Positions 49,650 to 59,804 of a DNA stretch of 64,000 nucleotides are shown here, piece after piece (positions within the stretch are counted from its first letter, which is position 1; each line of letters starts with the position of its first letter). Position numbers and translations under genes: made by a program. The stretch is from Nitrospirota bacterium. Its GTDB lineage: Bacteria > Nitrospirota > UBA9217. The stretch is from NCBI GenBank assembly GCA_963840455.1, contig CAWIYV010000010.1, positions 1 to 64,000 on the forward strand, written 5' to 3'. The notes beneath the pieces are model-generated. The model did no database searches, had not been told where the DNA came from, and saw nothing but the letters and a program-made list of their open reading frames with translations.

Positions 49650-51437
49650 GTGACGATCAAGAAACAGACCATCAACATCCCCTTTGAGCTGAAGGACGTG
49701 AAGGAGCCGATCCTGTACCGTGAGATGTTCCCCTATTCGAGCGTCCCCAAGGTCGTGTTCGAGGACCGCATCATCCAGATCAACATGCCGAAGGACATCT
49801 GGCTCACGGACACGACCTTCCGCGACGGCCAGCAGTCCCGGCCGCCCTACACGCCGAAACAGATCGCGGAGATCTTCGACTTCATGCACCGCATGAGCGG
49901 GCCCAGCGGCGTGATCCGCCAGACAGAGTTCTTCCTCTACTCCGAAAAGGACCGGGAGGCCGTCCGACTTTGTCTGGAGCGGGGATACCGCTTTCCCGAG
50001 GTTACCGGGTGGATCCGGGCGAACAAGAACGACTTCAAGCTCGTGAAGGAGATGGGGCTCAAGGAGACCGGCATCCTCACCTCCTGCTCGGACTATCACA
50101 TCTTCCTCAAGATGAACCTGTCCCGCAAGGACGCGCTCAAGGCGTACCTCGATATCGTGGCCACCGCCCTGGAGCAGGGCATCATCCCCCGCTGCCATCT
50201 GGAGGACATCACTCGCGCGGACTTCTACGGGTTCGTCATCCCCTTCGTGCAGAACCTCATGAGGCTTTCCCAGTCGGCCAAGATGCCGGTGAAGGTCCGC
50301 GCCTGCGATACCATGGGCTACGGGTTCCCCTTCCCCGGGACCTCATTGCCGCGCGGCGTGCCTGAGATCTTCTACGCCCTGATCCACGAGGGGGGCGTTC
50401 CGTCGGAGCTCCTCGAGTGGCACGGGCACAACGATTTCCACAAAGGGCTCGTGAACGGCACGGCAGCATGGCTCTACGGCTGCTCGGCGGTGAACGGCGC
50501 GCTGCTCGGCTTCGGCGAGCGCACCGGCAACACGCCCGTCGAGGCCATGCTGATCGACTACATCAGCCTGACCGGGAACGACGCGGGCATCGATACCGCA
50601 GCGATCACGGAAATGGCCGAGTATTTCCGCCAGGAGATGGGCTTCCCCATCCCCTCGAACTACCCCTTTGTCGGCTCCGAATTCAACTCAACGGCAGCCG
50701 GCATCCATGCGGACGGCATGATGAAGAACGAGGAGATCTACAACATCTTCGACACCACCAAGATCCTGAAGCGGCCCATGGGCGTGATCATCACCGACAA
50801 GTCCGGCATCGCCGGCATCGCCCACTGGGTGAACAGCCATCTCGGTCTCGACGCGGACAAGAAGATCGACAAGCGCCACCCCGGGCTCGCCAAGATGCAC
50901 AAGTGGGTCATGGAGCAGTACGAGCAGGGCAGGACCACGAGCATGTCCCACGACGAGCTGCTGGATAAAGCGAAGAAATATCTGCCCGAGTACTTCGTTT
51001 CGGACCTCGACAAGCTGAAAAAGAAGGCGCAGGAGATCGCCCTGCACCTCGTGGAAGAGATGGTGGAGCTGAAGGAGATGCGCACCATGGACAACGCGAA
51101 GCAGGAAGCGGCCCTCCAGAAGCTCCTGGACGAGAACCCCTTCATCCAGTTCGCCTATGTGGTCAACAGCGAGGGGAAAAAGACGACGCGGAACATCACG
51201 CAGATCCAGTACAAGGCCCAGTTCGAGCATGCGGGCCTGGGCGACAACTTCTCGGACCGCCCCTGGTTCATCAGCCCCATGAAGGACGGCAAAAGCTTCG
51301 TTTCGGACTTCTACACCTCGAAGATCACCGGCGCCCTGTGCATCACCGTATCGGCGCCCGTTGCCAACGACGAGAGCAACATCATCGGCGTGTTCGGCGT
51401 GGACATCCGGTTCGAGGACCTGGTGCGGGCGGATTAG
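49650..51437 (+). CDS. Re-citrate synthase-like DRE-TIM enzyme with C-terminal Cache/PDC domain
   Basis: TDTTFRDGQQ, HLEDITRAD, WHGHNDF, GERTGN, AGIHADG; C-terminal NFSDRPWF...YTSKITG...GVFGVD. Confidence 0.75.
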   Translation: MTIKKQTINIPFELKDVKEPILYREMFPYSSVPKVVFEDRIIQINMPKDIWLTDTTFRDGQQSRPPYTPKQIAEIFDFMHRMSGPSGVIRQTEFFLYSEKDREAVRLCLERGYRFPEVTGWIRANKNDFKLVKEMGLKETGILTSCSDYHIFLKMNLSRKDALKAYLDIVATALEQGIIPRCHLEDITRADFYGFVIPFVQNLMRLSQSAKMPVKVRACDTMGYGFPFPGTSLPRGVPEIFYALIHEGGVPSELLEWHGHNDFHKGLVNGTAAWLYGCSAVNGALLGFGERTGNTPVEAMLIDYISLTGNDAGIDTAAITEMAEYFRQEMGFPIPSNYPFVGSEFNSTAAGIHADGMMKNEEIYNIFDTTKILKRPMGVIITDKSGIAGIAHWVNSHLGLDADKKIDKRHPGLAKMHKWVMEQYEQGRTTSMSHDELLDKAKKYLPEYFVSDLDKLKKKAQEIALHLVEEMVELKEMRTMDNAKQEAALQKLLDENPFIQFAYVVNSEGKKTTRNITQIQYKAQFEHAGLGDNFSDRPWFISPMKDGKSFVSDFYTSKITGALCITVSAPVANDESNIIGVFGVDIRFEDLVRAD

Positions 51438-51463
51438 GATTAGTATCAGCGGCAGGCAGCGAT

Positions 51464-51503
51464 CAAAAAAAAGCCGTACGTCCCTGGGGGCGTACGGCTT
51501 TTC
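51464..51503. terminator. Bidirectional terminator
   Basis: A-run-GCCGTACG-loop-CGTACGGC-T-run between convergent genes. Confidence 0.8.
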
Positions 51504-51543
51504 TGTTGACAGGAGCCTTTGCAGGCCCGCGGCACAGCCTCGG

Positions 51544-52749
51544 TCACGGGTGCCGTGCGACGGTCCAGTCATCGATCGGGAAGAACTTTCCTCCCTTGAT
51601 GATGGTGGGATACACGGTCTGCGATCCCTGGTGGTCATCCTTCGCAAAGCTGATCTTGTTTCCCGCCTGGATGTCGAGGCCCTTGATGCTCTCCACGGTG
51701 TCGATGAATCCCTCCCGCGTCAGGTTCTTCCCCGCCCGCTTCAAAGCCTCAACGAAGACCTTCGTAGCGAGATACCCCTCGAGGCTCACGAAATTGGGCT
51801 TCATCAACGGGAAATGCCTGTTCATGGCGTTGAGATAGTCCGTCACCGCCGGATAGTTCTTGCCGTCTGTATTGAACGGCGGAACGACCTGGGTCACCAC
51901 CACGCCGAACCCGTACTTGTCGAGCAGCATCGCCATACGGTCGGGACCGACGAAGGAGACGTTCATGAACACCGGGTCCGGGTCCTTGCGTTTTTCGAGG
52001 AGCGTCTTGCGTTTCCATAAGGTGATGAACTTGGCGCAGGCACTGTAGGTCCCGGCCATGACCACGGCATCGGGCTTCGCCGACATGATCCTGTCCAGGG
52101 CTTCATTCACGTTCTCGAAATTGCGGGTGTACGTTCCGATGGCCACGGGGGCAAGGCTCCTCCGGTTGAGCGCCAGTGTGGCCCCGTCCAGCACGGCCTT
52201 CCCATACCCGTCGTCCTGGTAGAAGACCGCGACCTTCCGGTACCCCAGTACGTCCACCATGCCCTTGATGAAGACCTCGGTCTCCTGGTTGTAGCTCGCG
52301 CGGTAGTGCAAGAGGTACCGGTCCACCGGCTTCCGGAGCGATTCCGCCCCGGTGAAGGGGGCGAACAGGAAGACCTTCTCCTCGTCGAGCATCTTCCGGA
52401 TCGCCAGGGCAGTGGGCGTTCCCACATTCCCGAGGAGACCGAAAACGCCGTCCTCCTTGATCAGTTTCGTGGCGTTCGTAACGGCGTTCTTCGGTTCATA
52501 CCCGTCGTCATAGGCGATAAGCTTGATCTTGCGGCCATGCACCCCGCCTGCCTCGTTCACGGAATTAAGGTACGCTTCGACGCCCATCTTGAAGCTCGTG
52601 CCGAGGAACGATGCCGCTCCGTTCAGCGCCGTGGACATGCCCATCGTGACCTGGGTGCCCGTGACGCCGGTCTCGGCGCGGGCATTGACTGCCCCGGCAA
52701 TGACCATCCAAAGCATGATGACGACGATGACCAACCGCTTCCTGTTCAT
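51544..52749 (-). CDS. Periplasmic binding protein, branched-chain amino acid (type 1) family
   Basis: Signal peptide; GGVHGRKI, YDDGYEP, GNVGTPT, YRASY, SLEGY. Confidence 0.88.
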   Translation of the reverse strand: MNRKRLVIVVIMLWMVIAGAVNARAETGVTGTQVTMGMSTALNGAASFLGTSFKMGVEAYLNSVNEAGGVHGRKIKLIAYDDGYEPKNAVTNATKLIKEDGVFGLLGNVGTPTALAIRKMLDEEKVFLFAPFTGAESLRKPVDRYLLHYRASYNQETEVFIKGMVDVLGYRKVAVFYQDDGYGKAVLDGATLALNRRSLAPVAIGTYTRNFENVNEALDRIMSAKPDAVVMAGTYSACAKFITLWKRKTLLEKRKDPDPVFMNVSFVGPDRMAMLLDKYGFGVVVTQVVPPFNTDGKNYPAVTDYLNAMNRHFPLMKPNFVSLEGYLATKVFVEALKRAGKNLTREGFIDTVESIKGLDIQAGNKISFAKDDHQGSQTVYPTIIKGGKFFPIDDWTVARHP

Positions 52750-52971
52750 AGTTGCTCCTTGTCGCAGATTATTTAAAAAAGCACAAGCGCCCGTCAGGCC
52801 CCGCGACCGGGCGCAGTATACCCGATATAAGAAATTTTACAAGGACTATTTATTTATAGTATGCTTGAGTCGTACCGGAAGGATGGGATATCCGGTGTCT
52901 TCGGCCTGGACATCCGCTTAAGGGATCTGGTCCAGGCGGAAGAGCGGGCCGCCCTGCTGTGCGCACGCAAG

Positions 52972-53005
52972 AAAGCCGTATGACCAGAGGCCATACGGCT
53001 TTTTT
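52972..53005. terminator. Hairpin/terminator between the two binding-protein genes
   Basis: AAAGCCGTATG-loop-CATACGGCTTT. Confidence 0.6.
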
Positions 53006-53007
53006 CG

Positions 53008-54219
53008 TCAGCGCGTCCCGACGGATCGCCAGTCAATTATGGGCAGAAAGGCGCCGTTCTTAATGACGGTCATATAGACCTCATGGGATCCCTGGTGGTT
53101 GTCCTTCGAGAAGCTGATAGTGTTCCCGGCCTTGATGTCCAGGTCCCGAATACTTTCCGCCGCATCGATGAACGATTCGCGCGTGGGATTCTTGCCCGCC
53201 CTTTGGAGCGCCTCGACAAAGACCTTGGTCGCCAGGTAGCCTTCCAGACTTCCGAAGCTGGGGGCCGCTCCGCCACCGTACTTTCCCAGCGCCGATAGAT
53301 AATCGCTGACAGCAGGGAAGTTTCCGCCTCCCTGGGAGAACGGCGGAACGACCTGGGAGACCACCACGCCGTCACCATGCACCTCCAGCATCGATGCAAG
53401 CCGGTCCGGTCCCACGAAGGAAACGTTCATGAAGACCGGGATTGTGTCCCTCTCACCCCCGGCGAGGGTAGCCTTCAGCTTCCAGGTCCGGATGAACTTG
53501 GAACAGGCGCTGTACGTCCCGCCCATCACCACCGCATCGGGCCGCTCCCTCATGATGGCATCCACGGCAGGGATCACGTTCTCAAAGTTCCGCGTGTAGA
53601 CCCCCATTCCAACTGGCGTCAGCCCCCTCGTCTGGAGTGCGAGCCTGGTCCCGTCCAGCACGGCTTTCCCGTAGCCGTCGTCCTGGTGGAAGACCGCGAC
53701 CTTCCGGTAGCCCAGTACGTCGACCATCCCCTTGATGAATGCTTCGATCTCCTGATTATAGCTTGCCCGGTAATGGAACAGGTAGCGGCTGACCGGCTTC
53801 CGGAGCGATTCGGCCCCGGTGAACGGCGCAAAGAGCGGGACCCGGTTCTCCTCAAGGACGGGCTTGATCGCCAGCGTGGTCGGCGTGCCAACGTTCCCCA
53901 GGAGGCAGAACACCTTGTCCTCGGTGATCAGTTTTTTCACCTGGATGACCGTATTGGTGGGCTCGTACCGGTCGTCGTATGCAACAAGCTTAATCTTCCT
54001 CCCGTGCACGCCGCCGGATTCGTTCACCTTGCCGAGGTACGCTTCCACGCCGGCACGGAAGTTCGTCCCCAGGAAAGCGGAAGGACCCGAGAGGGCTGTG
54101 GACATGCCAATGGTGACCTGGTTGACGGTGACGCCCGGCTCCGCGAACGCCGGAAGCGTGACCATGGAGAGGATAAGCACGAGGGCCACCGGCAACAACG
54201 TGATAAGCTTCCTGTTCAT
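53008..54219 (-). CDS. Periplasmic binding protein, paralog of downstream gene
   Basis: Same motifs (GGVHGRKI, GNVGTPT, GMVDVLGYRKVAVF, FMNVSFVGPDR). Confidence 0.88.
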   Translation of the reverse strand: MNRKLITLLPVALVLILSMVTLPAFAEPGVTVNQVTIGMSTALSGPSAFLGTNFRAGVEAYLGKVNESGGVHGRKIKLVAYDDRYEPTNTVIQVKKLITEDKVFCLLGNVGTPTTLAIKPVLEENRVPLFAPFTGAESLRKPVSRYLFHYRASYNQEIEAFIKGMVDVLGYRKVAVFHQDDGYGKAVLDGTRLALQTRGLTPVGMGVYTRNFENVIPAVDAIMRERPDAVVMGGTYSACSKFIRTWKLKATLAGGERDTIPVFMNVSFVGPDRLASMLEVHGDGVVVSQVVPPFSQGGGNFPAVSDYLSALGKYGGGAAPSFGSLEGYLATKVFVEALQRAGKNPTRESFIDAAESIRDLDIKAGNTISFSKDNHQGSHEVYMTVIKNGAFLPIIDWRSVGTR

Positions 54220-54350
54220 ACAAAGCTCCTTCTGCTCCGATAGTCAGAGTACCGTATGGACCAGGAGCATGGGTCGACGACGATTGGAAAAATTATAGCG
54301 TACCTTCCGGGAAGCGCAAGCGCTGATCGCCATTTGTGCTGAGGAAAGAG

Positions 54351-54383
54351 AAAAAAAAGAGGTGCGATATTCCGCACCTCTTT
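54351..54383 (-). terminator. Rho-independent terminator
   Basis: AAAGAGGTGCG-loop-CGCACCTCTTT with long T-run on minus. Confidence 0.7.
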
Positions 54384-54434
54384 GTCAGGTTCTGCTGTAT
54401 CGGCCCCTGTCCCGCTGTTCGCCGCAGGACCCGG

Positions 54435-54878
54435 TCAATCTTTGTCGCGACCTTTTCCCTTGCCTTTCCCTTTTCCCCGGCCCGTTCCGCTGTCCCCGCC
54501 GTACAGATCATGGCCGCGCTTCAATGCATGGAACTCCTTTGATCCCGGCTTGATGCCCAGACTCTTTGCCAAATTGCCCCAGCCCTGCCCTTTCGACGAA
54601 CGATATCGCTCCGTAACGCGGTCCGTCGGCTGACCCGACATCTCCCCGAGGCGCAGCACCATGTAGGCGTCAGCGGGCTTTTCAACACTGCTCAACACTG
54701 CCGTGATCTGCGCGTCGCCGATCTTGAATCGCGTCGCAAGACTTGCCTTGAATCCTGATGGATCGGCCTGCGCCCTGATGTTCAAGTCCTTCATCCACTC
54801 GAAGTCACCCGCCAACGCCGCTCCGGCCGCAAGCAGCACCACGACCACGCCCGCCAGTACCCGTCTGATCGTCATCAT
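54435..54878 (-). CDS. Hypothetical secreted protein with basic GK tail
   Basis: Signal peptide; GWGNLAKSLGIKPGSKEFHALK; GKGKGKGKG tail. Confidence 0.8.
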   Translation of the reverse strand: MMTIRRVLAGVVVVLLAAGAALAGDFEWMKDLNIRAQADPSGFKASLATRFKIGDAQITAVLSSVEKPADAYMVLRLGEMSGQPTDRVTERYRSSKGQGWGNLAKSLGIKPGSKEFHALKRGHDLYGGDSGTGRGKGKGKGKGRDKD

Positions 54879-54918
54879 CCACTCATCCCCCTGTCCATGA
54901 ATATCGGGACCGCAGATA

Positions 54919-56544
54919 TCAATCGCGTTGCCGCAATTTTCTCATAAAATACACCGCCGCCAGCAAAAGGATACCAGACGCGCCGGCGCTCCAGCGCGCG
55001 TCGGTGTCGTAACCGCTGATACGGAATGCCACGGCAGCGGCTGCCGCGCCCGCCGAAAACATGGCCAAGACGAAGGCCCTGCCAATGTTGTGGATATGAC
55101 GGAGCACGCCCACAATGTCTCGGGACCCGATCTCGACGCGCAGTTCGCCGCGTGACGTAGTGACCAGGAGATCATGGAGCATTTTCGGCAGCTTCACGAG
55201 CGACCGCGCCGCGCCGGCAACCTGCTTCAGCGCGCCCTGTGCGGACATCTCCTCGGACTGTATGAACCGCTTCGCGTAGGGAGCCGATATCTCGATGATG
55301 TTCGTCTGCGGGTCGAGCTGCGAGCCCAGGCCGTTCAGCATGCCCACGACGCGGCCCAGCAGGATGAAGTCGTTGGGGATCTGGATGGCGGGATTAAGCT
55401 GCACTGCCTGCTGGATATCGCGGCCGATCTCCTCGATGTCCATTGCCTTGAACTCGCCGGGAGAGATGTCGCGGTACTTCTGGAGCAGGCGGTCAACGAA
55501 GACAACGAGCGGCTGGATGTCCTTGGTGAGCGGGATGAATCCCATGTCCACCAGCGCCCGCACGAGCCCCAGGCTGTCGCGCTCCACGATGGCGATGAAA
55601 GCCCGCCGGAGTTCCTCCTTCTTCCGCGCCGAGATGCGGTCCACCATGCCGAAGTCCACCAGAATCACGGAGGGACCCGACCGGACAAAGATGTTCCCGG
55701 GGTGCGGATCGCCGTGGAAGAACCCGTCGACGAAGAACATCTGGGCGTAGGCCTCGGCGAGGATGTGCGCCGTCTCTTTTTTGTCGATCCCCAGTCGGTC
55801 GATCTCCGCGAGGTCGGTGATCTTGGTGCCTTCGAGGTACTCCAGCGTCAGGACCTTCGAGGTCGTGTAGGGCCAGTAGACGATGGGGATCTTGATGCGC
55901 TCGTTCTTGGCGAAGTTCCGGGCGAAGGACTCGGCGTTCTTCCCTTCGAGGAGATAGTCCAGCTCTTCGGCAACGATGCGGGAGAATTCGGAGTAAATGA
56001 CGTCGAGGTTGATCTGGCGGTACAGGATCCGGAGGATCCGGATAATGTACTTGAGGGCGCGCATGTCCGCGGCGATCACCTCATCGATGCCGGGGTACTG
56101 GACCTTGACGACGATGCAGTCGCCGTCGCGAAGGCACGCGCGGTGCACCTGGCCCAGCGACGCCGATGCTATGGGGATCTCGGTGAAATCGGAGAAGATC
56201 TCATCCATCGGCCCGAGCTCTTCGGTGAGCCGCCTCACGATGTCGGAGAACGGCGCCGGCGGTACCTGGTCCTGGAGCTTCGAAAGCTCGTCGGTGTACT
56301 CCTCGGGCAGGATGTCGACGCGGGACGAGAAGAACTGGCCGATCTTGATCAGGATGCCCCGCATCCGGACCATGCGCTCGCGGATCATCCGCGCCATCTG
56401 GCTGTGCTGCCGCTTCATGCGCTCGCGTCGGATGGTAGCGGGAGTTAAGATGTTCCGGAGCGCAAAGAGCTTGTAGCTCAGCAGCACCCGGAAGAAGAGG
56501 ATGACGACCCGCACGACGCGGCCGCGGTATCTGAAGAATCGCAT
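54919..56544 (-). CDS. AarF/UbiB (ABC1) family kinase
   Basis: IKIGQ, LQDQVP, SASLGQVH, VKVQYP, ELDY, HGDPHPGN, DFGM; two C-terminal TMs. Confidence 0.93.
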   Translation of the reverse strand: MRFFRYRGRVVRVVILFFRVLLSYKLFALRNILTPATIRRERMKRQHSQMARMIRERMVRMRGILIKIGQFFSSRVDILPEEYTDELSKLQDQVPPAPFSDIVRRLTEELGPMDEIFSDFTEIPIASASLGQVHRACLRDGDCIVVKVQYPGIDEVIAADMRALKYIIRILRILYRQINLDVIYSEFSRIVAEELDYLLEGKNAESFARNFAKNERIKIPIVYWPYTTSKVLTLEYLEGTKITDLAEIDRLGIDKKETAHILAEAYAQMFFVDGFFHGDPHPGNIFVRSGPSVILVDFGMVDRISARKKEELRRAFIAIVERDSLGLVRALVDMGFIPLTKDIQPLVVFVDRLLQKYRDISPGEFKAMDIEEIGRDIQQAVQLNPAIQIPNDFILLGRVVGMLNGLGSQLDPQTNIIEISAPYAKRFIQSEEMSAQGALKQVAGAARSLVKLPKMLHDLLVTTSRGELRVEIGSRDIVGVLRHIHNIGRAFVLAMFSAGAAAAAVAFRISGYDTDARWSAGASGILLLAAVYFMRKLRQRD

Positions 56545-56649
56545 GGTTGATTATACCAAATTCATGGAAAAGGGACAGGACTTCCGCATGTTCACAACAG
56601 AGGCACAGCAGCCGTCCCGGCGGTTGGGTGATGCGGGTGAGAGCGGGGC

Positions 56650-57456
56650 CTACTTGACGATATCGCCGTACTCCTCAGGCCGCCGATGGCGCAGGAATCC
56701 CCAGGTCTCTACCGCTGCGTCCCGGTCCTTCAGGTCGATGTCGGCAATGACGATGGCGTCCTTGCTCCCGGCAAGCTCCGAGACCATCTCGCCCCAGGGC
56801 CCGGCGCAGAAGCTCCTGCCATAGAACACGATGCCCTCCTCCTGTCCGACCCGGTTCACGCGGAAGATAAAGATATTGTTGGCAAAGGCGTTCGCCGACA
56901 CGGCCCGCTCCCACAGAACGTGGCTCTCCACCGACGCGGCCGTGGGCGCGAACACGATGTCGGCCCCTTTGAGTGCCAGGACCCGCGTGCCCTCGGGGAA
57001 CAGGTTGTCCCAGCAGATCTGGACGCCGATCCTGCCGCGGGAGGTCCCGAAGACCGGAAGACCGGTATCTCCGGGCGAGAAGTAGAACCGTTCCTTATAA
57101 AAGGGGATGTCAGGGAGATGAAGCTTGCGGTAGACGCCGAGGACCTTGCCGCAGTCAATGACCGCGGCGCTGTTGTACAAGCGGTCCCCGCTCTTCTCGA
57201 AAAAGGGCAGCACGATGACGACCTGGTGTTTGAGCGACATCTTGACGAACTCGGCCACCATCGCTCCGGAGACCTCGCAGGCAAGGGACCGTCCCGCCGG
57301 GTCCTCCTTCCGGGGGAACCAGGGGAAGAGGCAGAGCTCGGGATAGCCGATGATCTTGGCGCCCTTCTCCGCGGCCACCCCGGCCATCTCCACAGCGCGG
57401 CTGATGTTCTTTGCAACATCAGCCCCCGCGCTCATCTGTATGCCGGCGATCCTCAT
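56650..57456 (-). CDS. Nitrilase-superfamily C-N hydrolase (N-carbamoylputrescine amidase-like)
   Basis: E-K-C triad: YPEL, YRKLHLP, ICWD; NRVG. Confidence 0.88.
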   Translation of the reverse strand: MRIAGIQMSAGADVAKNISRAVEMAGVAAEKGAKIIGYPELCLFPWFPRKEDPAGRSLACEVSGAMVAEFVKMSLKHQVVIVLPFFEKSGDRLYNSAAVIDCGKVLGVYRKLHLPDIPFYKERFYFSPGDTGLPVFGTSRGRIGVQICWDNLFPEGTRVLALKGADIVFAPTAASVESHVLWERAVSANAFANNIFIFRVNRVGQEEGIVFYGRSFCAGPWGEMVSELAGSKDAIVIADIDLKDRDAAVETWGFLRHRRPEEYGDIVK

Positions 57457-57722
57457 CGTGTCCGCGCAGGGAGCAGGCGGCTATGGCGCGCCTGTCCGTT
57501 GCTGCGGAGCATTATAGCGGTCAACGGGGAAAATGTAAATGGAATTTCATGCGACTCTCGATGTTCTCCCGCGGGAATACAGAACGCAAGGCTAGCCTCC
57601 CGCGGCCCTTCAAACGGCTGGCCGCATACTGCTCAATTCCGCAGTTGGAGTTATGCATAATGAGAACCAACGCCCCCAACGTTCCCCAGACGGCCCCGGA
57701 TAAAAGCATCTATAATTAGGAT

Positions 57723-58802
57723 ATGAATCACCCAGCAAGTCCTGATCTGGTGCGCATCGACGGTTCCTTCGGCGAAGGAGGGGGCCAGGTCCTGCGCACG
57801 TCGCTCGCCCTGTCCTGCGTGCTCGGACAGCCGATGGAGATCACGAACATCCGCAAGGCCAGGAAGAACCCGGGCCTCCGTCCGCAGCACCGGACAGCGG
57901 TCATGGCTGCTGCTTCCATCACCGGCGCCGAGGTCCAGGGTGCGGAGCTCTCGTCAGCAGCGCTCCAGTTCCGGCCCAACAGGACCAGCGGCGGTTCCTA
58001 CCGGTTCGATGTTGCCGAGAAGCAAGGCAGCGCCGGCAGCGTCAGCCTCGTGCTCCAGACCATCCTCCTGCCCCTCTGCTTCGCGGAACAGCCGTCCGAG
58101 GTCTTGGTGAAGGGCGGTACTCACGTGCCCTGGAGCCCGTCGTTCCACTATCTCCACTCCATCTTCGTGCCCCTGCTCGACCGCCTCGGTGCGCGCATCG
58201 AGCTCTCGATCGCATCCTGGGGCTGGTATCCGATCGGCAACGGTCAAGTCTCCGCCCGGATCGAGCCAGCGAAATCGCTCCAGCCGCTCACCATGATAGA
58301 TCGGGGCGGGCTCGTGCGCGTCACCGGCATCTCAGCGGTCTCGAACCTTCCCGGCCATATCGCAACGCGCCAACGCGACCGGGCGCGTGCGGTCCTCGGC
58401 ATGCAGGGCATCGACGCGTCCATCGAGACCCTGTCAGCGGCCTCGCTTTGCAAGGGCTCCTTCCTGTTCCTTGCCGCGGAGTTCGAGCATATCTCTGCCG
58501 GGTTCGGCAGCCTCGGCGCCATCGGCAAGCGGGCCGAGGATGTGGCTGACGAGGCATGCAACGGGCTGCTTTCCCATCTGTACTCAAAGGGCGCGCTGGA
58601 CCCGCACCTGGCGGACCAGGTCGTGCCCTGGCTCGCCTTCTGCCAGGGCACATCCGAGTTCACCACCAGCCGCGTCACCCAGCATCTTCTCACAAATCTC
58701 TGGGTGGTGCAGCAGTTCATGGATATTGATATCCAGGTGGAGGGACGCGAGGGAGAGGAAGGCCGGATCGTGATCCACCCCGCTGGGAGAAACGCTGTTT
58801 AA
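57723..58802 (+). CDS. rtcA: RNA 3'-terminal phosphate cyclase
   Basis: IDGSFGEGGGQVLR, PGLRPQH, GGTHVPWSP, HLADQ, HLLTN. Confidence 0.95.
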   Translation: MNHPASPDLVRIDGSFGEGGGQVLRTSLALSCVLGQPMEITNIRKARKNPGLRPQHRTAVMAAASITGAEVQGAELSSAALQFRPNRTSGGSYRFDVAEKQGSAGSVSLVLQTILLPLCFAEQPSEVLVKGGTHVPWSPSFHYLHSIFVPLLDRLGARIELSIASWGWYPIGNGQVSARIEPAKSLQPLTMIDRGGLVRVTGISAVSNLPGHIATRQRDRARAVLGMQGIDASIETLSAASLCKGSFLFLAAEFEHISAGFGSLGAIGKRAEDVADEACNGLLSHLYSKGALDPHLADQVVPWLAFCQGTSEFTTSRVTQHLLTNLWVVQQFMDIDIQVEGREGEEGRIVIHPAGRNAV

Positions 58803-58886
58803 GCTGTGATTTGGAGCGGATGCTTTGCCCATGCTCCGTGTCGCGCCTTTATCCCTGCGTCACGTGAAACGGCAAGGAGGGAGGCC

Positions 58887-59228
58887 ATGAAGATCGATTC
58901 CTATTCCTTCGGCAGGATCGTCATCGACGGGAAGACCTACACCTCGGACGTTATTATCTATCCCGGCAGGGTAGACGCCTCGTGGTGGCGGAAGGAGGGG
59001 CACCTGCTCCACCTGGCTGACCTGGGCGAAGCGCTTCGGGCGAAGCCGGACGTGCTCGTCATCGGCACAGGCGCTGCCGGCGTCATGCGCGTTCCCCGGG
59101 AGACCGTTGACCGGATCGCCGGTCAGGGCATCGAGGTGAAGGTGGAGCGGACGTCAAAGGCGGTCGGGCTGTACAACGGGCTGCAGGGCGCAAGGACCGT
59201 GATCGCGGCGCTGCATATCACGTGCTGA
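58887..59228 (+). CDS. Mth938-like (DUF498) protein
   Basis: MKIDSYSFG, WWRKEGH, IGTG, terminal LHITC; GGAGG RBS. Confidence 0.88.
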   Translation: MKIDSYSFGRIVIDGKTYTSDVIIYPGRVDASWWRKEGHLLHLADLGEALRAKPDVLVIGTGAAGVMRVPRETVDRIAGQGIEVKVERTSKAVGLYNGLQGARTVIAALHITC

Positions 59229-59297
59229 GCAGGGTCACCGGTGAATATCCGTGCCTGTACTCTTTCGCGTTCGCGCAGGAAGCTTGCGCTGGCAGGT

Positions 59298-59435
59298 TGA
59301 AGCTCCCTGACGCTAAATGCATGGAGCTTCGATCCTCAGGGTAGATTGCTTATCCTAATCGTTCGCTAACCCCGCAGCAAGACTTCGGCGAGCTCAGTCG
59401 AGTCGCTGCGGGGAATGCACTCGCTCCTGGATTCA
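59298..59435 (+). mobile_element. MITE-like element, copy D, with 24-bp nested insertion
   Basis: tgaagctccc...gagcttcgatcctca...ctcgctcctggattca; terminal TCA is the infA stop on minus. Confidence 0.7.
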
Positions 59436-59663
59436 CGCGGCTACATGCCGGAGGCGGTAGGTGATCCTGCCCTTCGTCAGGTCGTAGGGCGAAAGGTCGA
59501 CCTTCACCCGATCGCCGTTCACGATCCTGATGTGCCGCACGCGCATCTTGCCCGACAAGTGTGCAAGGACCGTCTGGCCCGTGTCGAGCTTTACGTGGAA
59601 CAGCGTATGGGGCAGCGTCTCCACGATCGTTCCCTCGACCTCGATCATATCCTCTTTCGGCAT
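59433..59663 (-). CDS. infA: Translation initiation factor IF-1
   Basis: [40 protein letters not shown]. Confidence 0.93.
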   Translation of the reverse strand: MPKEDMIEVEGTIVETLPHTLFHVKLDTGQTVLAHLSGKMRVRHIRIVNGDRVKVDLSPYDLTKGRITYRLRHVAA

Positions 59664-59804
59664 ATTCCATCACTTCCCTTTCAAGCCCCCTGTTAAATCT
59701 TCCTTACTTATATTATACCGCGCGGCAAGATATCAGGAGCGGGCCTTTGGGTGAGCGATGCAGGGATGCGGGACCATACAGGGAGGGGAGGAGGCTGATG
59801 AACG

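Noticed and set aside
57617-57635. sigma54 promoter upstream of rtcA (TGGC...TGC)
   Set aside because: GG-to-GC spacing is one base short of the required geometry.
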